A DNA stretch of 63,911 bases, filler included, from Actinomycetota bacterium (GTDB lineage: Bacteria > Actinomycetota > CADDZG01 > JAHWKV01 > JAOPZY01): assembly GCA_025963875.1 (NCBI GenBank). It is 6 parts of 6 records of this genome, joined end to end, with 100 filler letters (N's around TTAATTAATTAA, not from the genome) between each part and the next. Parts side by side here need not be neighbours in the genome. Positions count along the whole stretch, not along the records: positions 20,581 to 39,618 come from JAOPZY010000142.1; 5 more parts are not named here. One strand, given 5' to 3'. Shown piece after piece: positions 25,581 through 35,849 of the stretch. The translations under genes and the position numbers were made by a program. Below the pieces are notes generated by a model, which ran no database searches, was not told where the DNA came from, and saw only the letters and a list, made by a program, of their open reading frames with translations. How positions within the stretch are numbered: position 1 is the first letter of the stretch; each line of letters starts with the position of its first letter.

Positions 25581-28331
25581 TTAACCCTCCCAAGCCACGT
25601 TGGGGTCGCTGGGGAGCACGCGGTCGAGCTGCATGCGCGAGTTGACGCCCAGCTTCGTGAAGACCTTCCGCAGGTGGTACTGGACCGTGCGCGGGCTTAT
25701 GAACAGCCGCGCCCCGATTTCGGGGTTTGAGAGGCCGTCGCGGGCGAGCCGGGCAACCTGGGCTTCCTGGGCCGTGAGCTGGCTGCTGGTGTGGACCGCG
25801 CGTTTGCGGGCGGTCTCGCCCGTGGCCAGCAGCTCGCGCCTGGCGCGCTCGGCGAACCCCTCGGCGCCCATCGCGACGAACATCTCGTGCGCGGTGCGGA
25901 GCTGGTCGCGTGCGTCCATGCGCCGGCGCTCGCGGCGGAGCCACTCCCCGTAGAGGAGATGGGCGCGGGCGATCGCGACGCGGACGCGGGTTCTGCCGAG
26001 GCGGTCGAGCGCCTCCCGGTACAGGCGCTCGGCAATCTCGCCGTCGCTGAGCAGCGCTCGCGCGCAGGCCTCGATGCCGAGCGCCCAGTCGCTGCCACTG
26101 GCGCGGGTGCTGTCCGAGAGTCGCTTGAGGGCGCCAGCTGCGCGCTCGGGCACCCCGCTCCGGGTCGCTGCCTCGATCAGCTCGACCGCCGCCCACGTTG
26201 GGAACACAAGCTCGTGCGAGTCCTCGCCGGCCCGCTGCGCCGCCGCCAGCGCGTCCTCATAGCGACCGAGGCCGTTGTCGAGCAACGCGGTGGCCCACTG
26301 CAGCACGGCGGGCCCGACTCCGACCCCTCGACGCGCCAGATCCTTCGCGCTGGTCTCGATCAGTTGTGAGGTCTGGCGTTCGCGGCCGCGCAGTGCGGCG
26401 AGCCCCAGGGATGCGTACGGTGGGAGCTGGCTGCCGGTCGCCTCGCTGACCGCCAGCGCTTCTTCGATCAGCGAAGCGGCAGCGGCGAACTCGCCTTTGA
26501 ACAGAAGCAGTCCAGCGCGTTGGTTGAGGGCGATGGGGAGCACGCCGAGCGCGCCGGCTTCCCGGGCGATCTGGACGTGGCGCGCGGAGAAAAGATCCCA
26601 GCTCTCGTCGTCCCACAGCCTTGCGGCGGTGGGGCAGGCGAGCCCCAGCCAGCGCAGCGCCTCCTCCCTGGAGATGCCTTCGCCGGAGAAGGCCTTCATT
26701 GCCTGCTTCAGCGTCGGCGCCGCGGCCGCGTAGCCCTCCATGATCAGCAGCGCCAGGCCATCCAGCAGCAGATCGGGCGCGCTCGGCGGCGGCGACGCCG
26801 CAGGCGCGGCTCGTGCGGCCTCGGCTGCCTCCCGGAGACTGCCGCCTGCCACGAAACGGCTGGCGTACAGCGCCGCAGAGAGCGCTTCCAGGTAGGTCTC
26901 GCGCGCCAGCCCGACGTCGAGGAGTTCGAGGCGCTTTGCGGCTTTGAGCAGCAGCGGTGGAGCGTCGCTCCCGCGGCCGGATGCAAACGCGATCTGGCCC
27001 TGCAGCAGGTCGACTCGGGCGTGCTGGAACTCGTCGAGCGGCCCCGCCTCCGCCGTGGCCAGCAGCCGCAGCGCCGCATCGAACGCGCCTGCCTGGGCCT
27101 GTACCCGCGCCGCGGCCAGCGAGCGCTCCGCCCGCTGCCCCGGCTCGAGCGTCAACGCGGCCGAGCGTTCGAGGAAGGCAGCCGCGGCCGCCAGTCCTCC
27201 ACGCGCCTGGGCACGGCCGGCCGAGCCCTCGAGCTCGGAGGCGACGTTCTCGTCGGGCCCGGACGTCGCCTGCGCGAGATGCCAGGCGCGCCGATCGGGA
27301 TCTACCTGTGGATCGGTGACATCCGCCAGCGCACGGTGCGCGTCCCGCCGATCCTGCGGCGACGCGGCCCGATAGATCGCGGAACGCACCAGCGGGTGAC
27401 GAAACGTGACCCGTGCGCCGAAGTCGACCAGGCCCTCGGACTCGGCCGCGTCCGCCGCCTCGACCCCGATGCCGAGCCGACCGGCGGCGCGCCACACCAG
27501 CGTCGGATCGCCGACCGGCTCCGCCGCGGCGAGCAGCAACAGCCGGCGGGTCTCTGCAGGAAGCGGCGCCAGCCGCCGCTGAAAGCTTTCCTCGATGCGG
27601 CCGGAAAGTGCCTGCGCTCCCGGGAGCCCGAACCCGCCCGCCAGCTCGGCGGGCGTCAACCCACGCGGCAGCTCCAGCAGCGCCAGCGGATTGCCTCGCG
27701 TCTCGGCAACGATCCGATCGCGCACACGCTCATCCAGGGGCCAGCGGATCGCCGAGCCCAGCAGCGCCCGCGCATCTCCATTCTGCAGACCCTCGACCAC
27801 CAGCTCCGGCAAGCCCGCCAGCGGCTGCTCTGCCCCGGATTGGCGGACGGCGAACACCAACCCGACCGACTCCACGAACAGGCGGCGCGCCACGAACTCA
27901 AGCGCCTGCGCCGACGCCCGGTCGAGCCACTGCACATCATCGATCAGGCATACCAGCGGCCGCTCATCGGCCACCTCCGACAGCAGGCCCAGCACGGCGA
28001 GGCCAACCAGAAAGCGATCCGGCGCCGCCCCGGCCCTCAACCCGAACGCCGTGCCCAGGGCATCCCGCTGAGGCTCCGGTAGGCGCTCGAGGTGATCCAG
28101 CATCGGCGCGCACAACTGGTGGAGCCCGGCGAACGCAAGCTCCATCTCGGATTGGACCCCCGCCGCACGGGCGACACGACACCCCGACGCCCGCTCGGCC
28201 ACGTACTCCAACAACGCCGTCTTGCCCACGCCCGGCTCCCCGCGCAGCACCAGCACCCGGCTCTGCCCCTGGCGAACCGCCTCGAGCAGGCGGTCGAGCA
28301 CCTCACACTCGCTGCGCCGGTCCTGCAACAC
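25581..28331 (-). CDS. Large ATP-binding LuxR-family (LAL) transcriptional regulator
   Basis: GEPGVGKT Walker A, LIDDVQWLD, TRGNPLAL, C-terminal LTAQEAQV..GLSNPEIG..LFISPRTVQYHL. Confidence 0.93.
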   Translation of the reverse strand: MLQDRRSECEVLDRLLEAVRQGQSRVLVLRGEPGVGKTALLEYVAERASGCRVARAAGVQSEMELAFAGLHQLCAPMLDHLERLPEPQRDALGTAFGLRAGAAPDRFLVGLAVLGLLSEVADERPLVCLIDDVQWLDRASAQALEFVARRLFVESVGLVFAVRQSGAEQPLAGLPELVVEGLQNGDARALLGSAIRWPLDERVRDRIVAETRGNPLALLELPRGLTPAELAGGFGLPGAQALSGRIEESFQRRLAPLPAETRRLLLLAAAEPVGDPTLVWRAAGRLGIGVEAADAAESEGLVDFGARVTFRHPLVRSAIYRAASPQDRRDAHRALADVTDPQVDPDRRAWHLAQATSGPDENVASELEGSAGRAQARGGLAAAAAFLERSAALTLEPGQRAERSLAAARVQAQAGAFDAALRLLATAEAGPLDEFQHARVDLLQGQIAFASGRGSDAPPLLLKAAKRLELLDVGLARETYLEALSAALYASRFVAGGSLREAAEAARAAPAASPPPSAPDLLLDGLALLIMEGYAAAAPTLKQAMKAFSGEGISREEALRWLGLACPTAARLWDDESWDLFSARHVQIAREAGALGVLPIALNQRAGLLLFKGEFAAAASLIEEALAVSEATGSQLPPYASLGLAALRGRERQTSQLIETSAKDLARRGVGVGPAVLQWATALLDNGLGRYEDALAAAQRAGEDSHELVFPTWAAVELIEAATRSGVPERAAGALKRLSDSTRASGSDWALGIEACARALLSDGEIAERLYREALDRLGRTRVRVAIARAHLLYGEWLRRERRRMDARDQLRTAHEMFVAMGAEGFAERARRELLATGETARKRAVHTSSQLTAQEAQVARLARDGLSNPEIGARLFISPRTVQYHLRKVFTKLGVNSRMQLDRVLPSDPNVAWEG

Positions 28332-28529
28332 CTCGTGCTCCTCCCAGAAACCTTTGCCCCACCTATTCGGCGCCCAAGGTACACGGCGCCCACCGCCGGG
28401 CCAAATCGGCGCGCCGGCCGGCGAGCGCCCGGGACTGGCCACCCACACTGTGGCCTGGCGGATGCGAGCGGACTAAGGCGGCATGACACTCATTGCAGGC
28501 AAATCAGACCCGAAGGGAGCGATCAGGAA

Positions 28530-29060
28530 ATGACGACACAGAATGCGGTAAAGGACCCCGTCACCTCGCCGAGGAAGGGCCGGAAGATCGGGGTGGTGAG
28601 CGAACTGAGTGTGTTTCTCAAGGTGAAACCGGGCCACGAGAAGCAAATCCGAGAGGTGTTCACGAGCGCTACCGGCGACCCCGACCGACTTGCGCAGGGC
28701 CAGAAGGTGCTGGAGTCCGTCGGCACCTTGCATGAGGCCAGACAGGTACTGTTTGACAACGACACGCGGCTCCTGATCGCTACCAGCTTCGATGGCGACT
28801 GGGACGTCTACATCGACGATTTCGCCAGGACGATGGTCCTCCAGGCATGGGCGACCTTCCTCATCCATTGCGAGGGTTACCCCGACGCAGCGGGCGTGGC
28901 CTCCCTCAGCTTGGACCAGCAAAAGGAGTTCCTTACCGAGCACCAGGTCACTGCGGCCAGATATGACAGGACGTACCCGGACGTCACCGTGAAGGAAATC
29001 CTGAAGGCGCTGCGCCTGCAGACGGTGTTTCAGCAGTTGCTCGACGAAGCGTCGAGCTGA
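28530..29060 (+). CDS. Conserved hypothetical protein of the type found beside Dyp peroxidases
   Basis: GTLHEAR...DTRLLIATSFDGDWDVYIDDF...HCEGYP; RBS; first gene of the operon. Confidence 0.7.
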   Translation: MTTQNAVKDPVTSPRKGRKIGVVSELSVFLKVKPGHEKQIREVFTSATGDPDRLAQGQKVLESVGTLHEARQVLFDNDTRLLIATSFDGDWDVYIDDFARTMVLQAWATFLIHCEGYPDAAGVASLSLDQQKEFLTEHQVTAARYDRTYPDVTVKEILKALRLQTVFQQLLDEASS

Positions 29061-29100
29061 CCGACCGCCTGCCGCGCAGCGGCCAGAGGAGACAGCACCC

Positions 29101-30447
29101 ATGACAACCGTCGCTCTACGTCCGCTCGAACTCGATGATATCCAGAACGGCGTTCTACACCCCCGGCCGCTCCCGTACGTCGCGACCTATGTCCTGTTGC
29201 GTATCGGCGACCGTCGAGCGGGGCGCGAACTGCTGCGGCGCCTGATCCCGGACATCGCTTCCGCGGCCGACCCGACGAGCCCGGACAGCGATGCCTGGCT
29301 GAGCGTCGGCCTCACGTACCACGGCCTGAAGGCAATCGGCGTGCCGCAGGCTTCGCTCGACAGCTTCGCGCCCGAATTCCAGGAGGGCATGGCGGCGCGC
29401 GCGGTGCTGCTGGGCGACGTCGGCGAGAGCAGCCCGGTCCTTTGGGAAAAGCCGCTCGGGACACCGGATGTCCATGTCCTGCTGAACGCGATCTCGCCTG
29501 ACACGTCTCGGCGCGACGACCTGCTCGAGCGCGCCCGCAAGGCGTCCCAGGATTTGCCCGGGGTCGAGGCGATCTATCGTCAGGACGCCTACTTGTTGCC
29601 GACCGGGCGGGAAGCCTTCGGCTTCAAGGACGGCATCAGCAATCCGGTAGTCGAGGGGAGCGGTATTGCCGGCACCAACCCCCAGGAGCGTGCCCTGAAG
29701 GCGGGCGAGTTCGTGCTGGGCTACATCGACGAGACGGATGTGTTGCCCCCGATGCCGCAGCCCGACGTGCTGGGCCGCAACGGCACCTATGTCGCCTTTC
29801 GCAAGCTCCACCAGCGCGTGGCGGCGTTGCGCCAGTATCTGCAGGCGCAGTCCTCCAGCGCGGAGGAGGAGGAACTGGTCGCCGCCAAGATGCTCGGGCG
29901 CTGGCGGAGTGGCGCGCCCCTGGCGCTCTCCCCGGAGCGGGATGACCCCGCGCTGGGAGCCGACCCCAGTCGCAACGACGACTTCCTTTACCACGGTGAC
30001 GATCCCAGGGGCCTCCGCTGTCCGGTCGGCTCGCATGTCCGCCGGGCGAATCCGCGAGACGCGTTCAAAGACGAACTCATTGGGGTCAACCTCCTGCACC
30101 GCATGATTCGTCGTGGCACCAGCTATGGCCCGCCGCTTCCGGAAGGCGTCCTCGAGGACGATGGCGCCGAGCGGGGAACACTGTTCATCTTCGTGGGAGC
30201 CCATCTGAAGCGGCAGTTCGAGTTCGTCCAGACGCAGTGGGTCAACGCCGGCGTCTTCCTTGGGGCGCCCGAGGAGAAAGACCCGCTGGTTGGGTCGAAC
30301 GACGGGAGCGGAATGTTCACGATTCCCCGCTCTCCGGTGCGGCGACGCCTGCACGGTCTGCAGCGCTTCACGGTCACCCGAGGAGGTGAGTACTGCTTTG
30401 TGCCCAGCCTGTCGGCACTGCGCTGGTTGAGCGAGTTGAAGGTCTGA
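29101..30447 (+). CDS. Dyp-type heme peroxidase
   Basis: FGFKDGISNP (GxxDG), SHVRRANPR (proximal His), IRRGTSYG (distal Arg), QFEFVQ. Confidence 0.93.
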   Translation: MTTVALRPLELDDIQNGVLHPRPLPYVATYVLLRIGDRRAGRELLRRLIPDIASAADPTSPDSDAWLSVGLTYHGLKAIGVPQASLDSFAPEFQEGMAARAVLLGDVGESSPVLWEKPLGTPDVHVLLNAISPDTSRRDDLLERARKASQDLPGVEAIYRQDAYLLPTGREAFGFKDGISNPVVEGSGIAGTNPQERALKAGEFVLGYIDETDVLPPMPQPDVLGRNGTYVAFRKLHQRVAALRQYLQAQSSSAEEEELVAAKMLGRWRSGAPLALSPERDDPALGADPSRNDDFLYHGDDPRGLRCPVGSHVRRANPRDAFKDELIGVNLLHRMIRRGTSYGPPLPEGVLEDDGAERGTLFIFVGAHLKRQFEFVQTQWVNAGVFLGAPEEKDPLVGSNDGSGMFTIPRSPVRRRLHGLQRFTVTRGGEYCFVPSLSALRWLSELKV

Positions 30448-30490
30448 TTGTCGAAGGATACCGACCGCTTTCCGTGAGGAGGAAACGAAG

Positions 30491-31621
30491 ATGCCAGACG
30501 CTTTTGTGAGGTATACCGCTGCTCTTGAGCAAGCAGACCCAGATTTTGACAACCATTTGCAAACGGTCATCGAAGAGACGAAGAAGTATGAACGGAGCTC
30601 GGTCGAGACCGAGGGACTCAAAAGGGCGGTGCGCGACGCCCATGCCAAAGGCTACGGGTTGGCAAGAGCAGAAGTGGAGATCCTGTCTGGACTTGCCCCT
30701 GAGTACGCCCAGGGTGTCTACGCGCTGCCCGGTCGGCATGAGGCGCTGATCCGTTTCTCGAATGGCTCTGCCCACGCCGGAGCAGACGCTCTTCTTGGCA
30801 ATCCCGTCGGCATGGGCCTGAAAATCTTGGGCATAGACGGCCAGACGCTGTTGGAAGACGAGCCGGACTCCCACACCTTCGACTACGCGCTCATCAACGC
30901 GCCGATTTTCTTCTGCAACACGGTGGAGCATTACCTGTTCATCCAGCAGTTGTTTCTGCACTTTGGGGCGTATGTTGGCAAGAAAGGTCAGCACCAATTT
31001 CTCCATGACTGGGTGACGGGCAGGGACACGCTGGCACCGGAGGATTGGGCGTGGGATGAACTGATGGCGTTCTTGTCAATCCTGCAGCGGGTTCACCCGG
31101 TCAACCTGTTGCTCTCCAGCTACTGGACGATGGGAGCGGTGCGCCACGGTGAGTATGTGGCCAAAGTGCGGGTGGCACCCCAGAAGGGTTCTGCCGAGAA
31201 GGTGGTCCAGCGTCTGCTCGACCCGGCATCTGCCCCGGACATCTACCGTCCTGCACTGGTCGCGGAGTTGAAAGAGCGCCCCTACGAGTTCGAGCTGCAG
31301 GTCCAGTTGTGCGTGGACCTCGAGAAAATGCCCGTCGAGGACCTGACGGTGGAGTGGCCGGAACAGCTTTCGTCGTTTGTCACGGTGGCCAAGGTGCGCC
31401 TGCCGCAACAGGATATTTCGGGTGACGACAATCTGGAGCAGATGGATGCCACCTCGATCACTCCGTGGCACTGCCGTGAGGAGCACCGTCCGCTCGGCAA
31501 CCTCATGCGCATGCGGAAAGAGGTGTACCGCCAGTCTTCGATTCTTCGTCACGCGCTGAACCACCAGGTTCGTCGAGAGCCCAACAACCTGGCTGAGGTC
31601 TTCGGCAACGTACCCGTCTAA
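30491..31621 (+). CDS. Small catalase-like heme protein
   Basis: RDAHAKG distal His, RFSN, GMGLK, HRPLGNLMRMRKEVY proximal Tyr. Confidence 0.88.
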   Translation: MPDAFVRYTAALEQADPDFDNHLQTVIEETKKYERSSVETEGLKRAVRDAHAKGYGLARAEVEILSGLAPEYAQGVYALPGRHEALIRFSNGSAHAGADALLGNPVGMGLKILGIDGQTLLEDEPDSHTFDYALINAPIFFCNTVEHYLFIQQLFLHFGAYVGKKGQHQFLHDWVTGRDTLAPEDWAWDELMAFLSILQRVHPVNLLLSSYWTMGAVRHGEYVAKVRVAPQKGSAEKVVQRLLDPASAPDIYRPALVAELKERPYEFELQVQLCVDLEKMPVEDLTVEWPEQLSSFVTVAKVRLPQQDISGDDNLEQMDATSITPWHCREEHRPLGNLMRMRKEVYRQSSILRHALNHQVRREPNNLAEVFGNVPV

Positions 31622-31663
31622 TTCTTACCGGACCGCTTTTCGAGACAGACACAGGAGGTTGAG

Positions 31664-32056
31664 ATGGCAGACACTTCGACATCGGACCGTTACGAGCGTG
31701 GTCTGAAGAAGATGAGCGAGGTCTACGGAGTCGACGGTGGGGAGGTCGTCGAGCCCCTCCATGACCTCGGGCGGTACATGGTCGAGTTCCCCTACGGGGA
31801 CATCTACAGCCGCGAGGGCCTGGCCCTCCGCGACCGCGAGATCGCCACGACCGCCATGCTCACGGCACTGGGCCGGGAGCCCCAGCTTCGGGTCCACTTC
31901 GTCGCGGCGCTCAACGTTGGCCTCACAGTCGACGAACTCGAGGAGATCATCATCCACACGGTTACCTTTGCGGGCTTTCCCACCGCCATCAACGCGATGA
32001 ACCTCCTTCACGCCGTGCTTTCGGAACGCAAAGGCGCGAATGATGACCATCGATAA
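31664..32056 (+). CDS. Carboxymuconolactone decarboxylase family protein
   Basis: YGDIYSREGL..RDRE, QLRVH...ALNVG, AGFP; GGAGG RBS. Confidence 0.88.
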   Translation: MADTSTSDRYERGLKKMSEVYGVDGGEVVEPLHDLGRYMVEFPYGDIYSREGLALRDREIATTAMLTALGREPQLRVHFVAALNVGLTVDELEEIIIHTVTFAGFPTAINAMNLLHAVLSERKGANDDHR

Positions 32057-32984
32057 ACGTGATGTGACATTCAAGAGCGGCGACACCTTCGCCGCCGGCT
32101 GGTTCTTCCTGCCCGAGCACGTGGCCTCGGGGGCCCGTGTGCCCGCCGTGGCGATGGCGCACGGCGTGGGAGCAACCAGGGATATGTTCCTCGAACCGAT
32201 TGCCCGCAGGTTCGCCGGCGCCGGCCTTGCCGTGTTGCTGTTCGACTACCGCTCGTTCGGGGCCAGTGGCGGCGAGCCGCGCCAACGGGTCTTTCCCCGC
32301 GACCAGATCGAGGACTACCGCAGCGCCCTGACGTGGCTGTCGCTGCGGCAGCAGGTCGATGCCAACCGGCTTGGCATCTGGGGCACGAGTTTCGGCGGCG
32401 GTACCGTCCTCCACGTCGCCGCGTACGACCCTCGGGTCAAGGCGGTCGTCAGCCAGGTGGGTGCGATGGACCTCTACCACATAACCCTCGCCGCCCTGGG
32501 TGCGGAGCAGTTCGCCGCGCTCGAGCGCATGACGGTTCAAGAGCGCGTCCGGCACGCGACCGAGGGCGGCGAGGTGTACATCCCCGACATTGGAAAGCCC
32601 GGCGGTGGTCTTGCTCTGCAGACCGATCAGGAGAGCTGGGATTTCGCGCACGAGTCGGTCTCGCCGTCGTGGCGTAATCAGGTCACCGTGAGTTCGTTCG
32701 AGGCGATCCTCGAGCACGCGCCCGCGAGGTCGATCGAACTGATCGCTCCACGTCCGCTGCTCATGATTCTCGCCAAGGAGGACACGATCAGCTCGTCCGA
32801 CCTGATCCGTGCCGCTTTCGCCCGAGCCGGCGAACCGAAGCGCCTCCTCGAAGTCGAGGGCGGTCACTACTCCGTGTATCCGTGGAGCAGGGGGCAGAGC
32901 GCCGACCAGGCGAGCCAGGCGGCCACGGAGTGGTTCGCCGAGCACCTCCTCCAAGCGGCAACGACCGGGCCGTCGCACACATAA
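32040..32984 (+). CDS. Alpha/beta hydrolase
   Basis: MAHG, FDYRSFGASGG, GTSFGG nucleophile elbow, EGGHY. Confidence 0.9.
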   Translation: MMTIDKRDVTFKSGDTFAAGWFFLPEHVASGARVPAVAMAHGVGATRDMFLEPIARRFAGAGLAVLLFDYRSFGASGGEPRQRVFPRDQIEDYRSALTWLSLRQQVDANRLGIWGTSFGGGTVLHVAAYDPRVKAVVSQVGAMDLYHITLAALGAEQFAALERMTVQERVRHATEGGEVYIPDIGKPGGGLALQTDQESWDFAHESVSPSWRNQVTVSSFEAILEHAPARSIELIAPRPLLMILAKEDTISSSDLIRAAFARAGEPKRLLEVEGGHYSVYPWSRGQSADQASQAATEWFAEHLLQAATTGPSHT

Positions 32985-32999
32985 TGAGAGGAGGCAGCC

Positions 33000-34256
33000 A
33001 TGAAGTTCCTGTTCGACGACGAGTCCTTCTCCTTCGAGACGCTGCGCACCACCGGTTTCGCCGCCTACGGAGGGGCCGACCTCGGCGAGGTCCTCACCAC
33101 CGCCAGCCGCATCGGGGAGGGTGACGAGGCCAGCTGGCACCAGGCGTGGAAGGCCACCGCGCAGCGGGTGGCGGAAATCGGCGAGCAGGCCCTCGCTTCC
33201 GGACACCGCGTCAGCGCCCGAGAAGCCCTGTTGCGGGCAGCGAACTACTATCGGACCGCCGGGGACTTCCTGCTCGAGCACCCGGCCACCGACCCGGAAA
33301 TGACGTTGCTGTCCGCCGGCCAACACGACACCTTCGCCGCTGCGGCCGCTCTGTTCGACACCCCGGTCCTGGCCGTGTCCATCCCATACGAGGACACCAC
33401 CCTGCCGGCCTACCTGTTCCTCGTCGACGACTCCGGCGCCGAGCGACCCACGATCGTCTACAACAGCGGATACGACTCCACCCGCGAGGAGTCCTACTAC
33501 GTCATCGCCGCCGCAGCGCTGCGGCGGGGGTACAACGTCCTGGCCTTCGACGGCCCCGGGCAGGGCGCCGCGCTGCGCCAACAGAAGCTGGTCATGCGCC
33601 CGGACTGGGAAGCGGTGATCACCCCGGTCGTCGACTACGCACTGACCCGCGGCGAGATCGCGGCCGAAAAGATCGTCCTGTTCGGCTACAGCCTGGGCAG
33701 CTTTCTCGTCGCCCGAGCCGCCGCCTTCGAGCACCGCGTCGCCGCGCTCATCCTCGACGATGGCATCTACGACTTCCACGCAGCCTTCGCCGGTAACCTG
33801 CCGCCCTTTCTGCAGTCATGGATCGACGAGGGCCGCGACGACGTCGCCGTCCCGGTGCTGACGATGCTCACGGCGGTCAGCACGCAGGTCCGGTGGGGGC
33901 TGCGCAACGGGATGTGGGTCTTCGGGGCCGACTCCTTCGCCGACCTGGTCCGCAGGGTCAGGGCCTACACCCTCGACGGCATCGCCCACCAGGTCACGGC
34001 TCCCACCCTGATCCTGGACCCCGAGCACGACCAGTACCTCAAGGGCCAGCCGCAGCTGGTCGAGAAGGCCCTCACCGGCGCCAGGACCACCCTGGTCACC
34101 CTGACCGAAAACGAGGGGGCCGGTGAGCACACCCACGCGGGTGGTCTGGGGCGGGCCCACCAGACGATGTTCGACTGGCTCGACACCACGCTCACCGCGT
34201 CATCCGAGAATGGAGTGATGGAGGTCGCGGCGGCCTCTGGACGAGTCGGGTATTAG
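33000..34256 (+). CDS. Alpha/beta hydrolase (FrsA-like)
   Basis: GGADLGE, YYRTA, GYDST, FDGPGQG, GYSLG, GAGEH. Confidence 0.88.
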   Translation: MKFLFDDESFSFETLRTTGFAAYGGADLGEVLTTASRIGEGDEASWHQAWKATAQRVAEIGEQALASGHRVSAREALLRAANYYRTAGDFLLEHPATDPEMTLLSAGQHDTFAAAAALFDTPVLAVSIPYEDTTLPAYLFLVDDSGAERPTIVYNSGYDSTREESYYVIAAAALRRGYNVLAFDGPGQGAALRQQKLVMRPDWEAVITPVVDYALTRGEIAAEKIVLFGYSLGSFLVARAAAFEHRVAALILDDGIYDFHAAFAGNLPPFLQSWIDEGRDDVAVPVLTMLTAVSTQVRWGLRNGMWVFGADSFADLVRRVRAYTLDGIAHQVTAPTLILDPEHDQYLKGQPQLVEKALTGARTTLVTLTENEGAGEHTHAGGLGRAHQTMFDWLDTTLTASSENGVMEVAAASGRVGY

Positions 34257-35310
34257 GAGACCTGTTCGAGCTTCGACCCGTTCGACGGAGCGGGTGCGAC
34301 GGCGGGACCGCCGGCCCCCATGAGCCCGCAGAGGTCCAGACCCGGGCCGCGTACCCCGCTTCGTTGTCGTACCACGCCAGCACCTTGGCCTGGCCGTTGG
34401 GACCGCGGCGGGTCGAGGCGAGATCGACGACCGCGGAGTGGCTGTCTCCGTGAAAATCACTCGAGACCAGTAGTTCCTCGGTCACGTCCAGCACCGAGGC
34501 AAGCGTCCCCTCCGCAGCCGAGCCGAAGGCGTCGTTGATCTGCTCCATCGGGGCGGACTGGTCGAGGCTCACGTTGAGATCCACGAGCGAGACGTCGGGA
34601 ATCGGGACTCGCACAGCGATTCCCACGATGCGGCCGGTCAGATCCGGGAGCACCTTGTCGATCGCCTTGGCTGCGCCCGTCTTCGTCGGGGTCATGTTGA
34701 GCGTCGCTGCCCAGGCACGCCGCAGATCGCTGTGCGCGCCATCGAGGAGCTCCTGGTCCCGGGTGAACGCGTGGATCGTGGTCATGAGGCCACCCCTGAC
34801 GCCGAACGAAGAATGCAGGACCTTGAGCAGGGGAGCCAGGCAGTTGGTGGTGCAGGAAGCCGCCCAGACGACGAGGTGCCGCTCCGGGTCGTACGCCTGG
34901 TCGTTGACCCCCATCACGATGGTCACGTCCTCGTATTTGGCGGGAGCGGTGATGAGGACCCTCGCTGCCCCTGCCCGGAGGTGCTGGGACGCCTGCTCCC
35001 GGTAGGTGAACCGTCCGGTCGCCTCCACGGCGATGTCGATGTCGTAGGCGTGCCATGGGCACAGCAGGGGGTCGGGTTGGTCCGTGACTCGAATCGAGTG
35101 ACCGTCGACGATGCGGTGCTTGTCGTCGAATCCGACGTCGCCCGGATATCGTCCGAACACGGAGTCGTACTTCATGAGGTGCGCACAGATCTCCGGCCGC
35201 GTCCGGACCGAGTTGATCACCGGCACCTCGAGGCCCGGCTCGTTGACCACGCGCCGGAGGACCTGCCGGCCGATTCTGCCGAACCCATTGATGGCAAGGC
35301 GAGTCGTCAC
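34192..35310 (-). CDS. gap: Type I glyceraldehyde-3-phosphate dehydrogenase, probably frameshifted near the 3' end
   Basis: INGFGRIGR, ASCTTNCLAP, TTIHA, TGAAKA, RVP, WYDNE; homology shifts frame at about 34338. Confidence 0.85.
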   Translation of the reverse strand: MTTRLAINGFGRIGRQVLRRVVNEPGLEVPVINSVRTRPEICAHLMKYDSVFGRYPGDVGFDDKHRIVDGHSIRVTDQPDPLLCPWHAYDIDIAVEATGRFTYREQASQHLRAGAARVLITAPAKYEDVTIVMGVNDQAYDPERHLVVWAASCTTNCLAPLLKVLHSSFGVRGGLMTTIHAFTRDQELLDGAHSDLRRAWAATLNMTPTKTGAAKAIDKVLPDLTGRIVGIAVRVPIPDVSLVDLNVSLDQSAPMEQINDAFGSAAEGTLASVLDVTEELLVSSDFHGDSHSAVVDLASTRRGPNGQAKVLAWYDNEAGYAARVWTSAGSWGPAVPPSHPLRRTGRSSNRSPNTRLVQRPPRPPSLHSRMTR

Positions 35311-35582
35311 ATGATCACCCCTGCGAACGTAAAGAGGGACGAGGGCCGTCCATTGACGCCAGGCCCCTAATCGAGCCGTCCCAAAGAACGTATATGTGAA
35401 ATACCTGCCTGCCTGCGCCCCTAACTCGCGCCGGCCGAGTTCGACGCTTGGCCGTCCGGAGGGGGGGTGGCTTGTTCTTTTTGCGCAGTACGATGCGGAA
35501 ACCGCAACAGGATGCCCAGAACCGCGGCACTTCTACAGCTCCGGCTTGGCGGCAAGCGCCGCAGTGACGATGTCGTGACGGC

Positions 35583-35849
35583 TCATCGCGATCTCTCCTT
35601 CAACACTGCCGCGCGGGTGCGGTACTCCTCTTCGGTTATCTCCCCCCGGGCATACAGTTCGGCGAGAACGGCCCGGCCGGCACGGACGTGGTCGGTGCTC
35701 CACCGGCGACGAAGCAGGAGCACCAGGCCGGCCACGATGGCCAGCCAGAGCAACGGAAACACCAGCACCCACGGCCCAGCACCCCCATGCGCCCACTCTG
35801 CAAGAACCACTGGTCTCACCTCCAACTCGATGGTTGCGTCGCTGCCCAT
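35583..35849 (-). CDS. Small membrane protein with SHOCT domain (start uncertain)
   Basis: TM helix followed by LAELYARGEITEEEY. Confidence 0.75.
   Translation of the reverse strand: MGSDATIELEVRPVVLAEWAHGGAGPWVLVFPLLWLAIVAGLVLLLRRRWSTDHVRAGRAVLAELYARGEITEEEYRTRAAVLKERSR

Noticed and set aside
35474..35522. Degenerate hairpins here and at 20985-21035, 40389-40440 and 54668-54696
   Set aside because: May be eroded REP-like copies, but arms are too short or mismatched to assign by eye
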